Assembly: GCA_951406725.2 (NCBI GenBank)
Contig: OX597816.1
Location: 31,992,001-32,056,000, forward strand
Length of the DNA stretch: 64,000 nucleotides
Source: Octopus vulgaris
Lineage: Eukaryota
Direction: 5' to 3'
In this document: piece by piece, positions 38,091 through 52,427 of the stretch
How positions within the stretch are numbered: the first letter of the stretch is position 1
Layout of the letters: every line of letters begins with the position of its first letter
Notes under the pieces: generated by a model
Databases searched by the model: none
The model's input: only the letters and a program-made list of their open reading frames with translations
What the model was told of the DNA's origin: nothing
Program-made: the position numbers and the translations under genes

Positions 38091-40059
38091 AATTTTAATT
38101 ACGTTTGGGGTGAATGGAAGGAATGTTCTTTCGATATATTCAATACTAAAATGCTTGCCTTGTTTACCTAGTTTCGGTAAGACTGTTTTCAGATATTTCA
38201 CATTGATATTTTTTTAATGATCTCTTCTGTTATTGCATTGTCGAAGCGGGAATTGGCTCTCACAGCGGTTATGATCGTATCAATATCAAGAAATATCCCC
38301 CTTGCTGTAAAATCGACAAAAGAGCAATTATTTTGAAAAAAGAAGGAAAATAACCATAAAACTCTAGCATCAAAACACACACTCACTGAATAAACGTACT
38401 GATTATAGAATAGGTAATAGTAGACATATTTATTTGGAGATTAGAAGCGTTTCAAAAATAAATACAATATGCACACACTCGAAGTTAGTGAAAATTGTAT
38501 AACTGTGTACTTTTTGATAATAGAAATGTCGATTCAAGGCCTCAGTTGACCATGTAAGCGTAACTTGCAGCAGACATAGTTTCTGAAAGGAGCAACGTGT
38601 TGTATAAAAAAAGAAGTGACAGCATTCAGTTTTGAAGCAAAAATGCTTTGATGTTTTCCCACTAGAAATGTTTGGTTTAACAAATAAGAATTCAAGGAGC
38701 CGAGCATTTACAAAAATGGAGATATTGAATGTAGGGGAAGAAAATGGGGGAAAATACAGGTTTGCATACAAATCCAATACAGGAATCAGACGTGCTAGAA
38801 AGTCTGTCTTCCCTACTTACCACAAGCAAGAGCTCATAAATGAGAAAAAGGAAGTCGAGGTCACGATTATAGGAACTTTAGATGATAGTGTTTATTAAAC
38901 TTTTCTTGTGACAGTATAGGCTTTTGTCAGCACAGACTAGGGATTTAACTGAGTAGAAATGTTTTCATATATAAATTGTTGTAGCGGCCATGGTTGTGTC
39001 ATCATCTAATAAAAGATACATTATAAATAAACTTCTAATTCATATATGAGATGCGAATAATAGAATTCGTAGGTGACAGGGTATCACAGAAATCTGTGAC
39101 GAATCAGCTAACGAATGAAAATGACACAAATAATATTTTGAAATGAATGTCTTGACGCATTTGAAAAACGTATTTTCAAGTAATTATTCTTTGGCATATA
39201 TTTATTAGGGATATTTCCCCTATTATTGATAGCATAATCCCAAAACTTGACAAGAGTTTTATTCAGTGTATATAAAATTCATAGCATTTTGAGGCAAAGA
39301 AACACTTAATATTTTTTTAAATTCCAGTTTCCATCACAATAAACTCGCAGTGATTTGACAAGTTGATAGCTTGACGGACTAATGTTTTGTGAGTAAATAG
39401 AATGAGTCATCTGTTCCATAATATCTTCTTCAGTGACCTGAATATTTAAATGATCTGCTAATCACCGTTGACAGAAAGATGAATTCGCTGACCTGCTTCT
39501 TAGCGGGAACAGTAATAAATGAATTAAGATTTGACATTTAGTGCAATAACCCTGTTGGTCTTGATCTGGCAGTAATGAAAATATTAATAACTTAGTTACA
39601 AAATTGCTCCAGAATATCTACGATAAAGCACATCATATAAAATAAAACACATTTTTAGGTCGTGCTGCTTTTCTGCAGGGAACGCCGTTCACCTTTCCAG
39701 TATAATTATTAAATATTTCTTACCGTTTAGTTTAAAGATCTGACTAGAAAGAAAGAAACATCCTGACTCTACCCGACTCCTGCTTTCGGAAATGTCAATC
39801 AATTAATATAACTTAGTCGACAAGACATGAAACATAAGAGAATTCCCGAAAAGCACGTGAGCTTGATCTTCTCTCTATGTGTGTTTAATGTTTTCAGGTT
39901 TTTATACATCAAAAACTTTCAAGATCGCATGAAACATTTAAAAGTGTATATTAGTAAACGTAGCGAAAACAATTCTATCGAGAATTTCACGTATCTCGTG
40001 AAGTAAGATAGCTCATTGGTTCCTACTTTATTTAAAAAGAAAAACTATGTAGAGGCAGG

Positions 40060-41080
40060 CAACACCCATTATAAAGCACATCCTCTTCTGAACCACTAGG
40101 TGCTCAAGCAAGATTGCATTTCCTTTGAAAAATCCCACAGAATTTTCCAGGCGTCTTACTCAACAACGTTTCTCAGTATCCAATTTTGTTATCTCGCGAA
40201 TTCCAGGTGTCACTACAAAGAATACTCATTTGCGCAAGTCGAGGTCATTCTTTCACGATGTTGAGAGTTGTTTCGTCCATTCTATTACAGAATCGGCACA
40301 GTGGAGACGATTTATCCAGCTTGTGGCCAAAGACTGGTCCTGCGAGCTGGTATCTATCTCTATCTATCTCTCTCAAAATTCTCAAAATCCCATTCTTTAA
40401 CCAATCACAACTATCTTCTCCAGCACCTCCAGTTATGTCTAATTGCTGGTTATTGTTCAGTACCTTGATGCGTAATGTTTCTTCATGGCCTTCTCGTACT
40501 TGTTTTGTTCTATTTTTTTGTTCATGCTTCCCATTAAAGTCTCATCTCGAACTACCACTAGCAAGGTTTCCTTACATTGTGACAGATATACCTGCAAGTC
40601 CCCAAGTGTGACATGCATGCCGCCTTTCATACTTATCACTTCCATTGCTACATTTGATCTCTTCATGCATAGGCGATCAGTGATTGGCTCCATGCATTGT
40701 AAGACGTTTTCTCGTTTTACCGTCCAACACTTTTTGCTCATCTTCTCTCTATTTGCGAACTGCAGTGCCATACGGAATCAGTGCATCTGCACCCGAGAAA
40801 ATTACGGAAATGTTTCTGGCATATACATTTGAATTCCAGATTTTTTCTCAATCGCCAGCAGATATACATTCTTTGTCCTTGCTTTGATAATAATCCCAGG
40901 TATTCCCAGGCATTTGTATCCGATTTGAAGATAATTGCCTTCGTTATATCACCGCTTATGATACATATCACTTCTATTCCGACAAACTTTCTTCCCCTTA
41001 TCACCCGCAGTATACTACCATGCTATCTGTTCTTTTCAACTATCTAATACATTCCTGGCCGTGGAAGAACAGCATTGTTA
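40060..41080 (-). mobile_element. Degenerate R4/Dong LINE fragment
   Basis: Minus strand YKCLGI and LDGKTRKRLTMHGANH...DRLCMKR correspond to IDRKIRKLLSCNRMHHPKADVDRLYLPR in the intact copy. Adjacent to (ATT)n. Confidence 0.72.
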
Positions 41081-41103
41081 ATGAAAGATCGGTCTAAGGA
41101 CAA

Positions 41104-41179
41104 TTGTTGCTGTTGTTGTTGCTCTTATTATTATCATCATCAACATCATTAATGTTATTATTATCCTCATTATTATTAC

Positions 41180-41266
<87 letters not shown>

Positions 41267-41275
41267 CATCATCAA

Positions 41276-41311
<36 letters not shown>

Positions 41312-41312
41312 C

Positions 41313-41350
<38 letters not shown>

Positions 41351-41400
41351 TATTATTTTTATTATTATTATTATCATTATTATTATCATTATTATTATTA

Positions 41401-41431
<31 letters not shown>

Positions 41432-41590
41432 CCATTATTATTATTATTATAATCATTATTATTGTTATTTTTATTATTATTATTGTTATTATTATTATTA
41501 CTATTATTATTTTTATCATTATTATTTTTATTTTTATTATTATTATTATTATTATTGTTATTATTATCGTTATCATTTTTTAATTATTTA

Positions 41591-41647
<57 letters not shown>
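41104..41647. repeat. Long (ATT)n microsatellite
   Basis: Seen directly; about 540 bp. Confidence 0.97.
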
Positions 41648-42770
41648 GCATTTCAGTAGTACCTGTTGTGGTAGTATTTCTATTTGTATTTCTCGGATAA
41701 CATCTCGTTTTATATATATCGAAAAATATTCAATTCTCCAAGTAGTGATTTATGAATTGAAAAGAGACTCTACTCTCCATCGAATGTACTTTAAAGCAAT
41801 ATCAGTATGCGATAACTTCGAGAAAAATGGAATATTCACCAGGTCTATAAGTAAAATACATTCGTTGATGGTCAGATACAGAAATAATTTATAAGGGTGA
41901 AATAACATCTAGAAGCAGCGAGTTCATAAACAACTTATTTTAAGTATCACACAATCCACTATTCCACACCCTACAATAACATGTTTCTGAAATAAGACAT
42001 AGAAAATATTGATCTGAGAATGTAAAATGAACGTTGCCATAACTCTCAAATAATTGATTCTACGAATTTGCTCTCTAATAAAAGCAGAAATATATTACAT
42101 CTTAGATATGGTATTTAAGGATTACTTCTGTTTATGTCTACACAAAACAGAAAGTAGTTTGATAGAATATATTTAAGAATGTAACATGCCTATGTACTTT
42201 TCAGAAAGCCGCCAGGAATTAAAATGTTTTGCAAAATATGAATGTGATCTATATCGTTGAAAGGAATACATTTATGTAGAGAAGTGAAACCAATAGATAT
42301 TCCATGCACCACCGCTGCTTATTACGTTAATTGTTCACTATAGTCATTCATATTGAATATTGTTACTATAAGAAATATGTAAAGCGCTCAGTGTTGGTTC
42401 GTGTTTGGATCACAGAGATCATTACGTTCGTAACTAATGTATATTCAGCTTATGCATTTAATATTCATGTCAAATAATGCTACATAAAATGTTTATAGAG
42501 TCGTCAGCATTTCTCATTGGAGTACAAGATCTCTGATTTCATGAACAACCGTTTTCGTCCGCAAATCACAGATGATGATATATTAAGCAACGTAATGTGT
42601 TTTGTTGGATTGGAAACGCTAAAGTTAAAGGTTGACAGTGTCAGAATGCAATTCATATAACTAATACGTAGGACACAACCGTAAGTGTATCCACCACATT
42701 CTCCGCGCGTACATCTTTTATTAAGAATCAGATTCACTTGATAAATGTATCATTTTTAGATGCACTCACA

Positions 42771-43458
42771 AGATTTAACTGATTGTGCAGACTGTATCAT
42801 TCTGAATACTCAGTGTATTTATTCTCACTTCAATTTCCAATTCCACTTGAATTGTTTTTGAAATTCGTAGAGAAATATAATGAACCACCGTATACTAAAA
42901 TGAATGAAAAAAAAAATTCTCACTTTCTTTTTGATACACTTCACCTATTAATAAATATCTAAGCAAAGAAGAATTTCATTACTGAGAGTAAGCACGTTCT
43001 TTTATAATTAGCTTAAAAAAGGTAACGCACTGGTTAAGATATGGGTGTATCATATTCTGATTTAAATGTCAACATAGAAAGACATTAAATTAGCAGTACT
43101 AAGTAGGTACACATATTAGATTTAACTGATTGTGCAGACTGCATCATTCTGAATACTCAGTGTATTTATTCTCACTTCAATTTCCAATTCCGTTTGAATT
43201 GTTTTTGAAATTTGTTGAGAAATATAATGAACCACCGTATACTAAAAAGAAAAACAAGTGTCACTTTCATTTTGATACACCTCACCTATTATTAAATATC
43301 TAAGCACAGAAGAGTTACATTACTGAGAGGAAGCACATTCTTTTATAATTAACTACAAAAAAGTGACACGCTGGTTAAGATATGGGTGTATCATATCCTG
43401 ATTTAAATGTCAACAGAGAAAGACATCAAATTAACAGAACTAAGTAGGTACAAATATT
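42771..43458 (+). repeat. Tandem duplication with a unit of about 347 bp
   Basis: 42771-43117 is repeated at 43118-43458 with scattered substitutions and small indels. Confidence 0.93.
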
Positions 43459-45087
43459 ATTTTGCAAAAGCTAGATGAACAGTAATTTTTAAAAATCTTT
43501 GTACGATATTCAATAATATTATTGTGTCCTTCCATAATCTATGCTGAAGTCATATTAGTCTGCTGGCTCTAGCCATAGACCCATTAGATAACGGAGATTT
43601 TTTTGCGTGAAATGAGATGATGATCATCTCATTTCTTTAATATGCTATTGAAACGTTGGCAAATAGATTTTTATAAACAATTATTTATGTAATATGTGCG
43701 AAAGTATTTGGTTGTACTACATTAGTACAACGGAAAAGACATGGAATTTGAGAGCATTTTTAACTTCACCGTTTCCATTCCATGCAAAATCAAATGAATA
43801 CATGTAGTAATCTAGATAACGGTAGCATTTCATGATGCCTATGCACTCAAAATGACAGCGTAGAAGTAATAAAATTGTATTACACAAAAGAAAGCAGCGG
43901 ACATATTCCACGTAAGAATGCGGGCAGCTTCTTTGTCAATTACAAAATCTAACTTCTAGTGGACAGCATGATGTTATATGAAAGGTAGTAAAAGCAAATA
44001 CTATATTTGGTGAGGACTTATATGGATGTATTATGTTGGTAACTGAAAATTGGCATATGCTAGTATTTCTTAACACTTTCCGAAATAGCACGTGATGTAA
44101 TGCAATCATGCTCAAATTTTTGCTGATGTTAATATTCGATGTTTTGCTGTCTACTATTCAATGTTATTAAAACCCAACGAATGTATTATTGGAAAGGATG
44201 CTTGTGACATTATTATTGACATATAACATCCAGGCGCTATTATTTATATTTTTTCACTTTGCAATTCCATTCCTGTTATTCACAACAAAAACGGACGCGA
44301 AAGCTTTAATATTAGGCAATATGCATTTATAGTTCATCATAGATATTTCATCAATATAAGATCACTGGCTAAATTATACCATAACTGTAGAAATCCATTA
44401 TATTAGAATTCAATTAGATCATTTTATTGCTAATCCATCTCCAACTCAATGAAATACTTTCCTCCATATATGAATAAAATTATAGTTTCAAAAGCCATAC
44501 ATTTTCCTCTAGTTATTTCAAGCTTTAAAAGAATTCCTTTTTTTCTTTACGTCCTTATTCTGATATGGAAGGAATTGATTAATGCCACATATATGTATCA
44601 CTAATATCCATATAATTGAGTCATTGAGATTGCATTCTCTTTGTATTTACAATTTCAAGTCATTCACATAAATTCAGCTTATTCATAAGAAGTTTTCATA
44701 ATATAATGGCGAACACCATGACAGTATCCGGTTACCGAATCTAGATTCCGCTTTCGCTATGCGTCTTGTATCACGCAATGTTTGAAATACACAAGAATAA
44801 AACAATCGATAAACTCTGGCAAAGGACTTCTTAATTGCCATGAGATTGGTATGAATAAAATATTGCATTTCAAAATGTCTTTTCTTGGATAGATATGGTC
44901 AATTTTAATCACTGGCAATTAAAATATTTTAACATGTTACATTTTAAGTTTATCCCAATGATTTCGGGTAAAGCTTCATGTTATGGATGTAACATAATTA
45001 CTTATTTCTTATTTATTTCTGTTTTACAACCAGGGCTTTATAATTCACATGATATGGATCAATATTATCACCGCAATATTTCTCACA

Positions 45088-45440
45088 ATAATGATGTTGA
45101 TGATGATTTTATGCTCATGTTGATGATGATGATGATGATGGTGATGACGATTCTTATTGTTGTTGTTGCTGTTGTTATTGTTCTTGTTCTTCTTGTTCTT
45201 GTATTGTTCTTCTTCTTTCTCTTCTTCTTGTTCTTCTTGTTCTTCTTGTTCTTCTTCATCTCATCATCATCGTCATCGTCGTCGTCGTCATCATCATTAT
45301 CATCATCATCGTCGTCATCGTCGTCGTTGTTGTTCTAATTGTTACTGTTCTTACAGTTTTTGTTGTTATTTTTGTTGCTATTATTATTATTGTTGCTGTT
45401 GTTGTTGTTGTTGTTATTATTATTATTATTATTATCATTA
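45088..45440. repeat. Compound trinucleotide microsatellite (GAT/GTT/TTC/ATC/ATT)
   Basis: Seen directly. Confidence 0.93.
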
Positions 45441-46115
45441 TTTACGCTTTCCCTCGGGTAGATATTATATTGACACTATACCAATAGATCGAGCAATTTC
45501 CGATGGCCAAGTGACCTTGGGACCATTCCTTCTTCAATATTCTAACATCTTTCTGAGAATCTTCGCTGTTCCTAACAAGGCCATTTTCCGCAAACCTCCC
45601 TTCCAGATGGTGATGTCTAGCATTCCAAGCATTCATCCAACCTTTTACTTACGGCACCCAATGCGTTTCGCACTTGTTTATTCCAAATTAGATTCCAGTG
45701 TCCATGCTGAATTTATGAATCAAACCGTTCATGTGTTTTCTCAAATAATTTTAGTTCATCCATATTCAGCATTTGGTTTATCTTAAATCACCACCTCTCC
45801 AATCATAACTAGCATTTACCCTACTCAACAGAAAGGAAATTGGGACCATATACAATACAACCATTAAAAGCAAAATATTACCTCCTGAAATATTCCTCTC
45901 TTGATGTACACACGTTTCATTGATTGCCTACATCATGTCACCGCAGACTTCCAAACATCTACACTGCTTACAAGAAACCAACGTTTGCTGCGTTACAAAA
46001 TATTTCCAAAGATTCCACAATGCAAATATCTTCACCATTTCATAAGCTTTTGCATTAGTTCATCCAAAACATTACAAGCGTTGTGTGCCTCCTTTTACAA
46101 TCTGTAAGGATCGCC
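45441..46115 (-). mobile_element. Degenerate R4/Dong LINE 3' fragment
   Basis: Minus strand LRKMALLGTAKILRKMLEY* plus 3' UTR. (ATT)-type repeats on both sides. Confidence 0.8.
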
Positions 46116-46121
46116 TTATCA

Positions 46122-46122
46122 A

Positions 46123-46171
<49 letters not shown>

Positions 46172-46333
46172 ATTTTATTTTAATAATGATAATTATAATA
46201 ACACTATCATCATCATCACCATTATTATCATCATTATTGTTATTGTTGTTATTATTATTATTATTATCATTATTATTATTATTATTATTATCATTATTAT
46301 TATTATTATTATTATCATCATCATTATTATTAT
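46122..46333. repeat. (ACT)n/(ATT)n microsatellite
   Basis: Seen directly. Confidence 0.95.
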
Positions 46334-46554
46334 CCAACATAGTTTCAGGCATATTTCTATTGCATAATTGGCTCTACATCCGTATTACTGGAGTTTGTAA
46401 AAATGTTTATTGTTTTTTTATTGCTATTTGAGTGCAACCACATGTCTTGTATTGTGTCAGTTTGTTTTGTTATTGGGTCAAGTGATATGTTGTATCAGTG
46501 TTTGTATTGTGCGTTGTGTGTATAATGCGAGCTGTCTTCTGTTTTATATGTGGC

Positions 46555-46856
46555 CTATTGGTGTTCTTCACTTCTGCTCCAGAGCGTGGGCTGCGGGGTC
46601 ACTCTGAAAAGCTCTATCTACGACGATTTCATCTCAATCGAAGGAGAGGGGCTTTCTCAGTCCAGGTTGCGGATCCGTGGAATAAGCTGCCGGACGAGAT
46701 AGTGAAGATGCAGACGACTGCTCGGTTCAAAGTCTCTCTTGACCGGAAATGTCCTGAAATTTCTGTATGACCATCTTCTCTATACATAACTCCCTGTCCC
46801 CCTACTTGGCCTTGCTTTTGCTTTTGGAGCCAATAAAAACTGACTGATTGATTGGT
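46555..46856 (+). mobile_element. CR1-type LINE 3' end
   Basis: LRGHSEKLYLRRFHLNRRRGAFSVQVADPWNKLPDEIV...RFKVSLD is a typical CR1 ORF2 C-terminus, followed by a 3' UTR and short tandem tail. Confidence 0.88.
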
Positions 46857-47576
46857 TTAATTTACTTGACATTTGCTATTTAGACTGTCATGTGTTTCTG
46901 GATTGCTTCATTTGGGTTGGATAATTGCATTAAAAGTGTTTTGTGCTGGATGTAGTCTGTTCTTAACAGGGCTATTTTGGGATTAGTATATAGCGTTTAT
47001 ATTCCAGTTCTAGCTTCTACGGTTTGGGGCATGTCTATTTTGGGGATTTTTTATCATGAAGAATGCTCAAAGTATTATTGGTATTGTCTTCAGTTCTATT
47101 TCCCACATCTTTAATACTTCTCTTTCGAGGTCTGCCCCAACATCGTTCACAAGTATTGCATCAAATAGCGATATCAGACAAATGTGCCGGGCGACTCGTT
47201 TCGATGTTATGTTCGATTATTAGCACACAACGTTACATATTTATTTCTAATATACAAGCACAGAGGCAATCAATTAAGGGTGGATCGCTTTCGATTATGT
47301 ACTTCAGTACTAACCTGGTTCTTGAATCTATCGACCTCAAAACGATTCAAAGCAATGTTCACATTTGCGAAGTTAAAGCCAAATTGTAAAGAAAAGGTAC
47401 AGAAACCGCCAACGATTTTATCCGATTCATTAAATTTTTTGATGATAGGGATCTAAGGGAGTGGCAATTCAAACAAACATAAACTACATACTATACCTAA
47501 ATTTTCAAAGCCCACACAAATATGCATACATATGGATACATACATGCGCACATACACAAATACACGCATATATATT

Positions 47577-47621
<45 letters not shown>

Positions 47622-47625
<4 letters not shown>

Positions 47626-47832
47626 GGAAATCTGTTTATGTTACTTAATTATCTACATTACTTCATGAGTGTAGCCTCAACCACTAGGATGTCTAGAGAA
47701 CTCACATGTATTTTAGCTGATGAGTACGGGACACGTTTATATGCTGCAATTTTTGCAACTTTTAATAAAGCCTGTCCTTGTATGAAACGATTGTACTAAA
47801 AACCTCTCCATTCTTGTTGCTTCTTTCTCGCG
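47622..47832 (+). mobile_element. About 210-bp hammerhead-bearing island inside (TA)n
   Basis: TA tracts on both sides; contains the hammerhead at 47711-47801. Confidence 0.72.
47711..47801 (+). ncRNA. Type I hammerhead ribozyme motif
   Basis: ttttag-CTGATGA-gtac(60-nt hairpin: ggaca/tgtcc, tttat/ataaa, tgcaa/ttgca)gtat-GAAA-cgattg-TA-ctaaaa. Six-bp stem I and a GUA site. Confidence 0.83.
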
Positions 47833-47979
47833 TATATATATATATATATATATACATACAACTATACATACATACATACATACATATCCATCCATCCATC
47901 CATTTATCTATCTACCTATCTGTGTGTATGTTTGTATGCGTACGTGTGCGTTTGTGTATGTGTGTGTGTCTTTGTGTGG

Positions 47980-48016
<37 letters not shown>

Positions 48017-48699
48017 CGTGCGTGTGTAAAGTAACTGAAATAGACAACACATAAATGTCCTGGGACAAATTTCCTGCTGTCAGTTTAAAGCTGCTTAATA
48101 AAACAAGAATAACATTAAGCCATAGAGAAAAGTTTGACAGATGTCAAACTAAAGGGTTTTCTTTTCAAATGAATACCGATTTCATTAACAGGAAGATTCG
48201 CATAATAGTTTCTCCCTAATTAACTCACCTACTCAATCTAACTGCAAATTTAATCTTCTTAATATTTATCCCGTGTTGTAATTACTCAAATATATTCAAT
48301 ATATTTGATGGTGTTATACTGTTTTGTGAAAAATAACGTTCCCTTAGAAATATATTTCGATACCAACTATTTATATATTGCAGTGGACAAATATTAATAT
48401 ATGTATGGAAGTGTTTGCGTGTGTGTGTGTGTGTGTGTGTGGTGTGTGTGTGTGGAGAGAGAGAGAGAGAGAGAGATACTTGCAGTAGCATAGCTATGTA
48501 TACACGTATGGAGTGTATTGAAACATTACTATTTATCTAAGAAAGGGAGTATACAAAATATAATGTACAGTAGATAATTTGGTTTTCACCATGAAACTGA
48601 ATTTTATCAGTAAATTATTCATTACTTTACCAATTCTGGTCTAATATACAGTAGATTGGAGCCTTGTTAAATTTCGAATTCGTATTCAAATTTAATATG

Positions 48700-49937
48700 T
48701 TGGGTTCGTAATTAAGTTCCCACCGTTTTATTTTTTGATTTAATTTTTTTAAAGGTTTAATTAAAAATAACAACTAATTAAAGAGTAGTGTATTCAACCT
48801 TGTTGTATACAACTTCTTCTCAACGTTCAATCGGCTGAATGCTACTTCGTTGGTAGAATTCCGATTTCGACTCAAAAAATTGATCTAACCAAGCTCTAAA
48901 TTCTGCAACAATATTGAACGAAACTCCGCGCATAGCATTTGAAAGAGATCGAAAGAGGTGGAAATCTGCTGGTGCCAAATCAGGAGGGTACGGCAGGTGT
49001 GGCAGCACTTCCCATCCATGGGTTTGAGTGGCTTCCTTGGTCATATTGGCGATATGAGAGCGAGCGTTATCGTGCAGTAGAACTCTATGCTGTTGATTAG
49101 GTATTTTCTATTGAATAGCCGTATTCAATCGTTGCATCGGTTGAACATAGCGTTACCCGTTGTCCGTTCAAGCAATTATTAATGGATAATCCCTTCCCAG
49201 TCCCACCATAGGCTCAACATCGTTTTACGCGGATAAAGATCTTGTTCCAGGCGCGGTGTCGCTTGTTTACCGGGACTAAGCCATTCCTTACGCTGCTTCA
49301 TATTGATGTACAGGCACCATTTTTCGTCGCCGGTAACGATTCGGTAAAGGAATCGATGTTCGTGCCCATGAGTTGCGCGGTGACGAGCAAGCAAACCTGC
49401 GGAGATTGTGGCTCGTTGAATTTTGTTGTTGTTACCTAAAGAATGCGGAACCCATACTCCATACTTCTGAACCTATCCCATCGAATGAAGATGCATCTAT
49501 ATAGTAATGTGTGAGCATTCCATTTTCACTTCCAGTTTCCTCTTCGTGTAAAAGTTAGTTTAATCTCTCTTCATCGAAATCAGCTGGATGGCCAGAACGA
49601 GGTGCGAGTTTGAGGTCAACATTTTGATTTTTGAACTTGGCATAACAATCACGAGTGGTTCTTCCAGCTATGGCACTCTCTCCATAAACGGCACAAATGT
49701 TGCGAGCAGCTTTTGCGACCTAAGAACCTTGATTAAAAGCAAAAAAAGTATGAGGTGTCGAAAATGTTCGTTTTAGTTTACTTGACATTCCATTTTAAAG
49801 ATCTGAAAATATATAGAAATTAGATTCTAAAATGATTCAAATATAGAACTCTCGACAAAAATATATTCCAAACTTTAAAAACGCAATAAATTCCCAAATT
49901 TAAAAAAAAAACGGCCGGAACTTAGTTGCCAACCCAA
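48700..49937 (-). mobile_element. Near full-length degenerate mariner (D,D34D-type) transposon
   Basis: TIRs ttgggttcgtaattaagttcccaccgtttt and aaaacggccggaacttagttgccaacccaa. Motifs WVPH, IVTGDEKW, LHDNARSH and PYPPDLAPADFHLF. About 1.24 kb, frameshifted. Confidence 0.93.
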
Positions 49938-50653
49938 TATTGATGCTTCGGATTTGACTAAATATTTTATATTCTTATTTGTTTGTCCCGCTTAATATTT
50001 CTACTTGTACGGTTGGCTGTCATCCACGGAATGTTTTTCAAATACTTTTGTTGTTAAGTCACCTTCCTGAACTTTTCTTCGATGGCATTTGTTTGTTTTT
50101 TTGTTTTTTGTTTTTTATCGGGGGTCATATATCTTTGTTTCATTCAGTTTTCGTTTTCCTGCAGCTTATTAAATACCTCACGTGTTGCAGAACTACTGTC
50201 TTCTTTATTGCTTAAATATTTGTGCGTTTGTCGCTTATTACTTGTTTAATAGTTGGCATTTTTCTGTTGCCAAAATATTCTGTTTGTTCCCCTCATATGT
50301 ATTGATATCCTTTCGGAGTCTACCGCATAATATAACCTAAAATATTGTTTCATTTTTTCCTGCGACGAATGAATTTCTGTAGTTACTTCGCCGGTCCAAT
50401 TGAGTGTGCCCTGCCACAGTGTTAGTTATACATCTGTTCTGTCACCAGAAGTGTACACTTCCGGCTTTTTATATACGATTTCCCAGGGTGTTTATTATGA
50501 AAACTTCAACGTGACAGAACTTCATTTCTTCTGTTGAATATAGATTTCTTTTCCGGAATATGATGTCTTCCTCCTCTTACTTGTGAGAGCACAACTGGGT
50601 ATGCATTAATGTCAGTGTTAGCAATGTTTATTATTACTGAGTTTAAATTCATG

Positions 50654-50695
<42 letters not shown>

Positions 50696-50696
<1 letters not shown>

Positions 50697-50920
50697 AGGC
50701 TGTGTGCTGGTAGAATCGTTAGCACACCGGGCAAAATGTTTAGCGGTTTTTCGTCCGTTGTTACACTCTGAAAGTAAATTCCACCGAAGGTCGACTTTGC
50801 CTTTCATTCTTTCGGGAGGGATAAATTAATTACCAGTTTGGTATTTGGGTCAATCGAATGGATTGACGCCTTCCCCCAAAAGTTCAGGCTTTGTGTCAAT
50901 AATGGGAAAGATTGTTATTA
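50696..50920 (+). mobile_element. tRNA-derived SINE with Nin-like domain (older copy)
   Basis: aaggctgtgtgctggtagaatcgttagc...ggtcgactttgcctttcattctttcggga. Confidence 0.82.
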
Positions 50921-52135
50921 TTATTAACCCTTAATTCCTCGAAATTAATGAGGAATTGTGACAATGTGTTTCTCTGAAAACACAAGGTCATGATGTGTTT
51001 ACATGTTATATTCTGGCAGAAAACGTTCAGCTTGTTATTTCAGTGCATATTCGCTTGCTACTGTTGCTTGGCAATATAAATATTTTATTATTTACGCAAT
51101 TCGCATGAAATGTAACCTATATTAATTGTTTCCGTGCCACATATTTCTGGTTGTCATTACAGGTAATTTAGTATGGGATAAATACGTGCTTGTTGTACCT
51201 TCAATGGTAATTGTTCTGTCTGTTTTTAATTATTGGGGACTTCGTGTCCATCTCTAGATGAAACAGACTATTTACTAGAAAGGATATAAAATATTGCAAC
51301 CAATATTCGTATGTACTTCTATCTTAACGATTAATTATTTTCTTTTTTTCTGGCATGTGAATTTATGCTAGTTTACAATGTTCTTACTTTTGCCGTGAGG
51401 TTTTCTTTAAATATGTAATGTATAAAGTGTAAACAGTTCAGGACATTCAAATGCAGATTATTACTGTATTCTAGTAGATTTAACATTCAATTTCATTATA
51501 TTCAAATTCGAATCAAACTCGGAATCCCGATTCTCATGTTTTTCTTTCAATACATCAATTATTGTGAATTGTGGATATCAAATGTTGCTTTTAACTACCA
51601 ATATTTCTTCTCAACGATGAAATAAAAACTGTACTGTAATAGAACAGATCAACAATGGAACAAATATGCTCTGTCCATATGTTGCATTGATGTACAGTTA
51701 TTACCGCTAAGAAACTTCATTGGACACAGTGATCTATTTGATGTCAACAATTCTGTATAATTGGTTAAGAAAAGAAGCCGGGAACCAGCATTTGAAATAT
51801 GATAAAGATAAGGAACTATCTCTCATGAATTTTGTGAATATATTAAAACACTCTCTCCAAACAATTAATGGTGTACATCTTAATACTGGGTGCTAACAAG
51901 TAATAGTGATAACATTGTCTCATTTGCATTATGTAAATTTTAGATTGGTGCAGCAGTCTCAACAAAGTAATATTTAGCATTGACTTACATTCCACGTTGT
52001 TTCTTCTGTTTTTCTTGTAATTTTCCACACAATCTAATCAAAATTTATTCCGCTTATGTCCTTAGGTGTGGGGAAAGCTGTCTTTCTAGCCTATGCAATC
52101 ACTTTTTGAGAAAACGAGTTATCTGGGTATTTTTT

Positions 52136-52181
<46 letters not shown>

Positions 52182-52362
52182 CGTTTCGGTTGTATAAATA
52201 AATTGTTGACGAACATTGTTTACATGTTACCTCGGTGTGGACAAAATAATGTTGGCGATAGAAAGTACTTGTACTTCAAGAAGTCTAGAATGATGTGGTT
52301 GGAGCCTGGGAAGATGGAATCTACGAACAATTTGAATTCTTGTTTTGCTAGAAATCATACAG

Positions 52363-52427
<65 letters not shown>

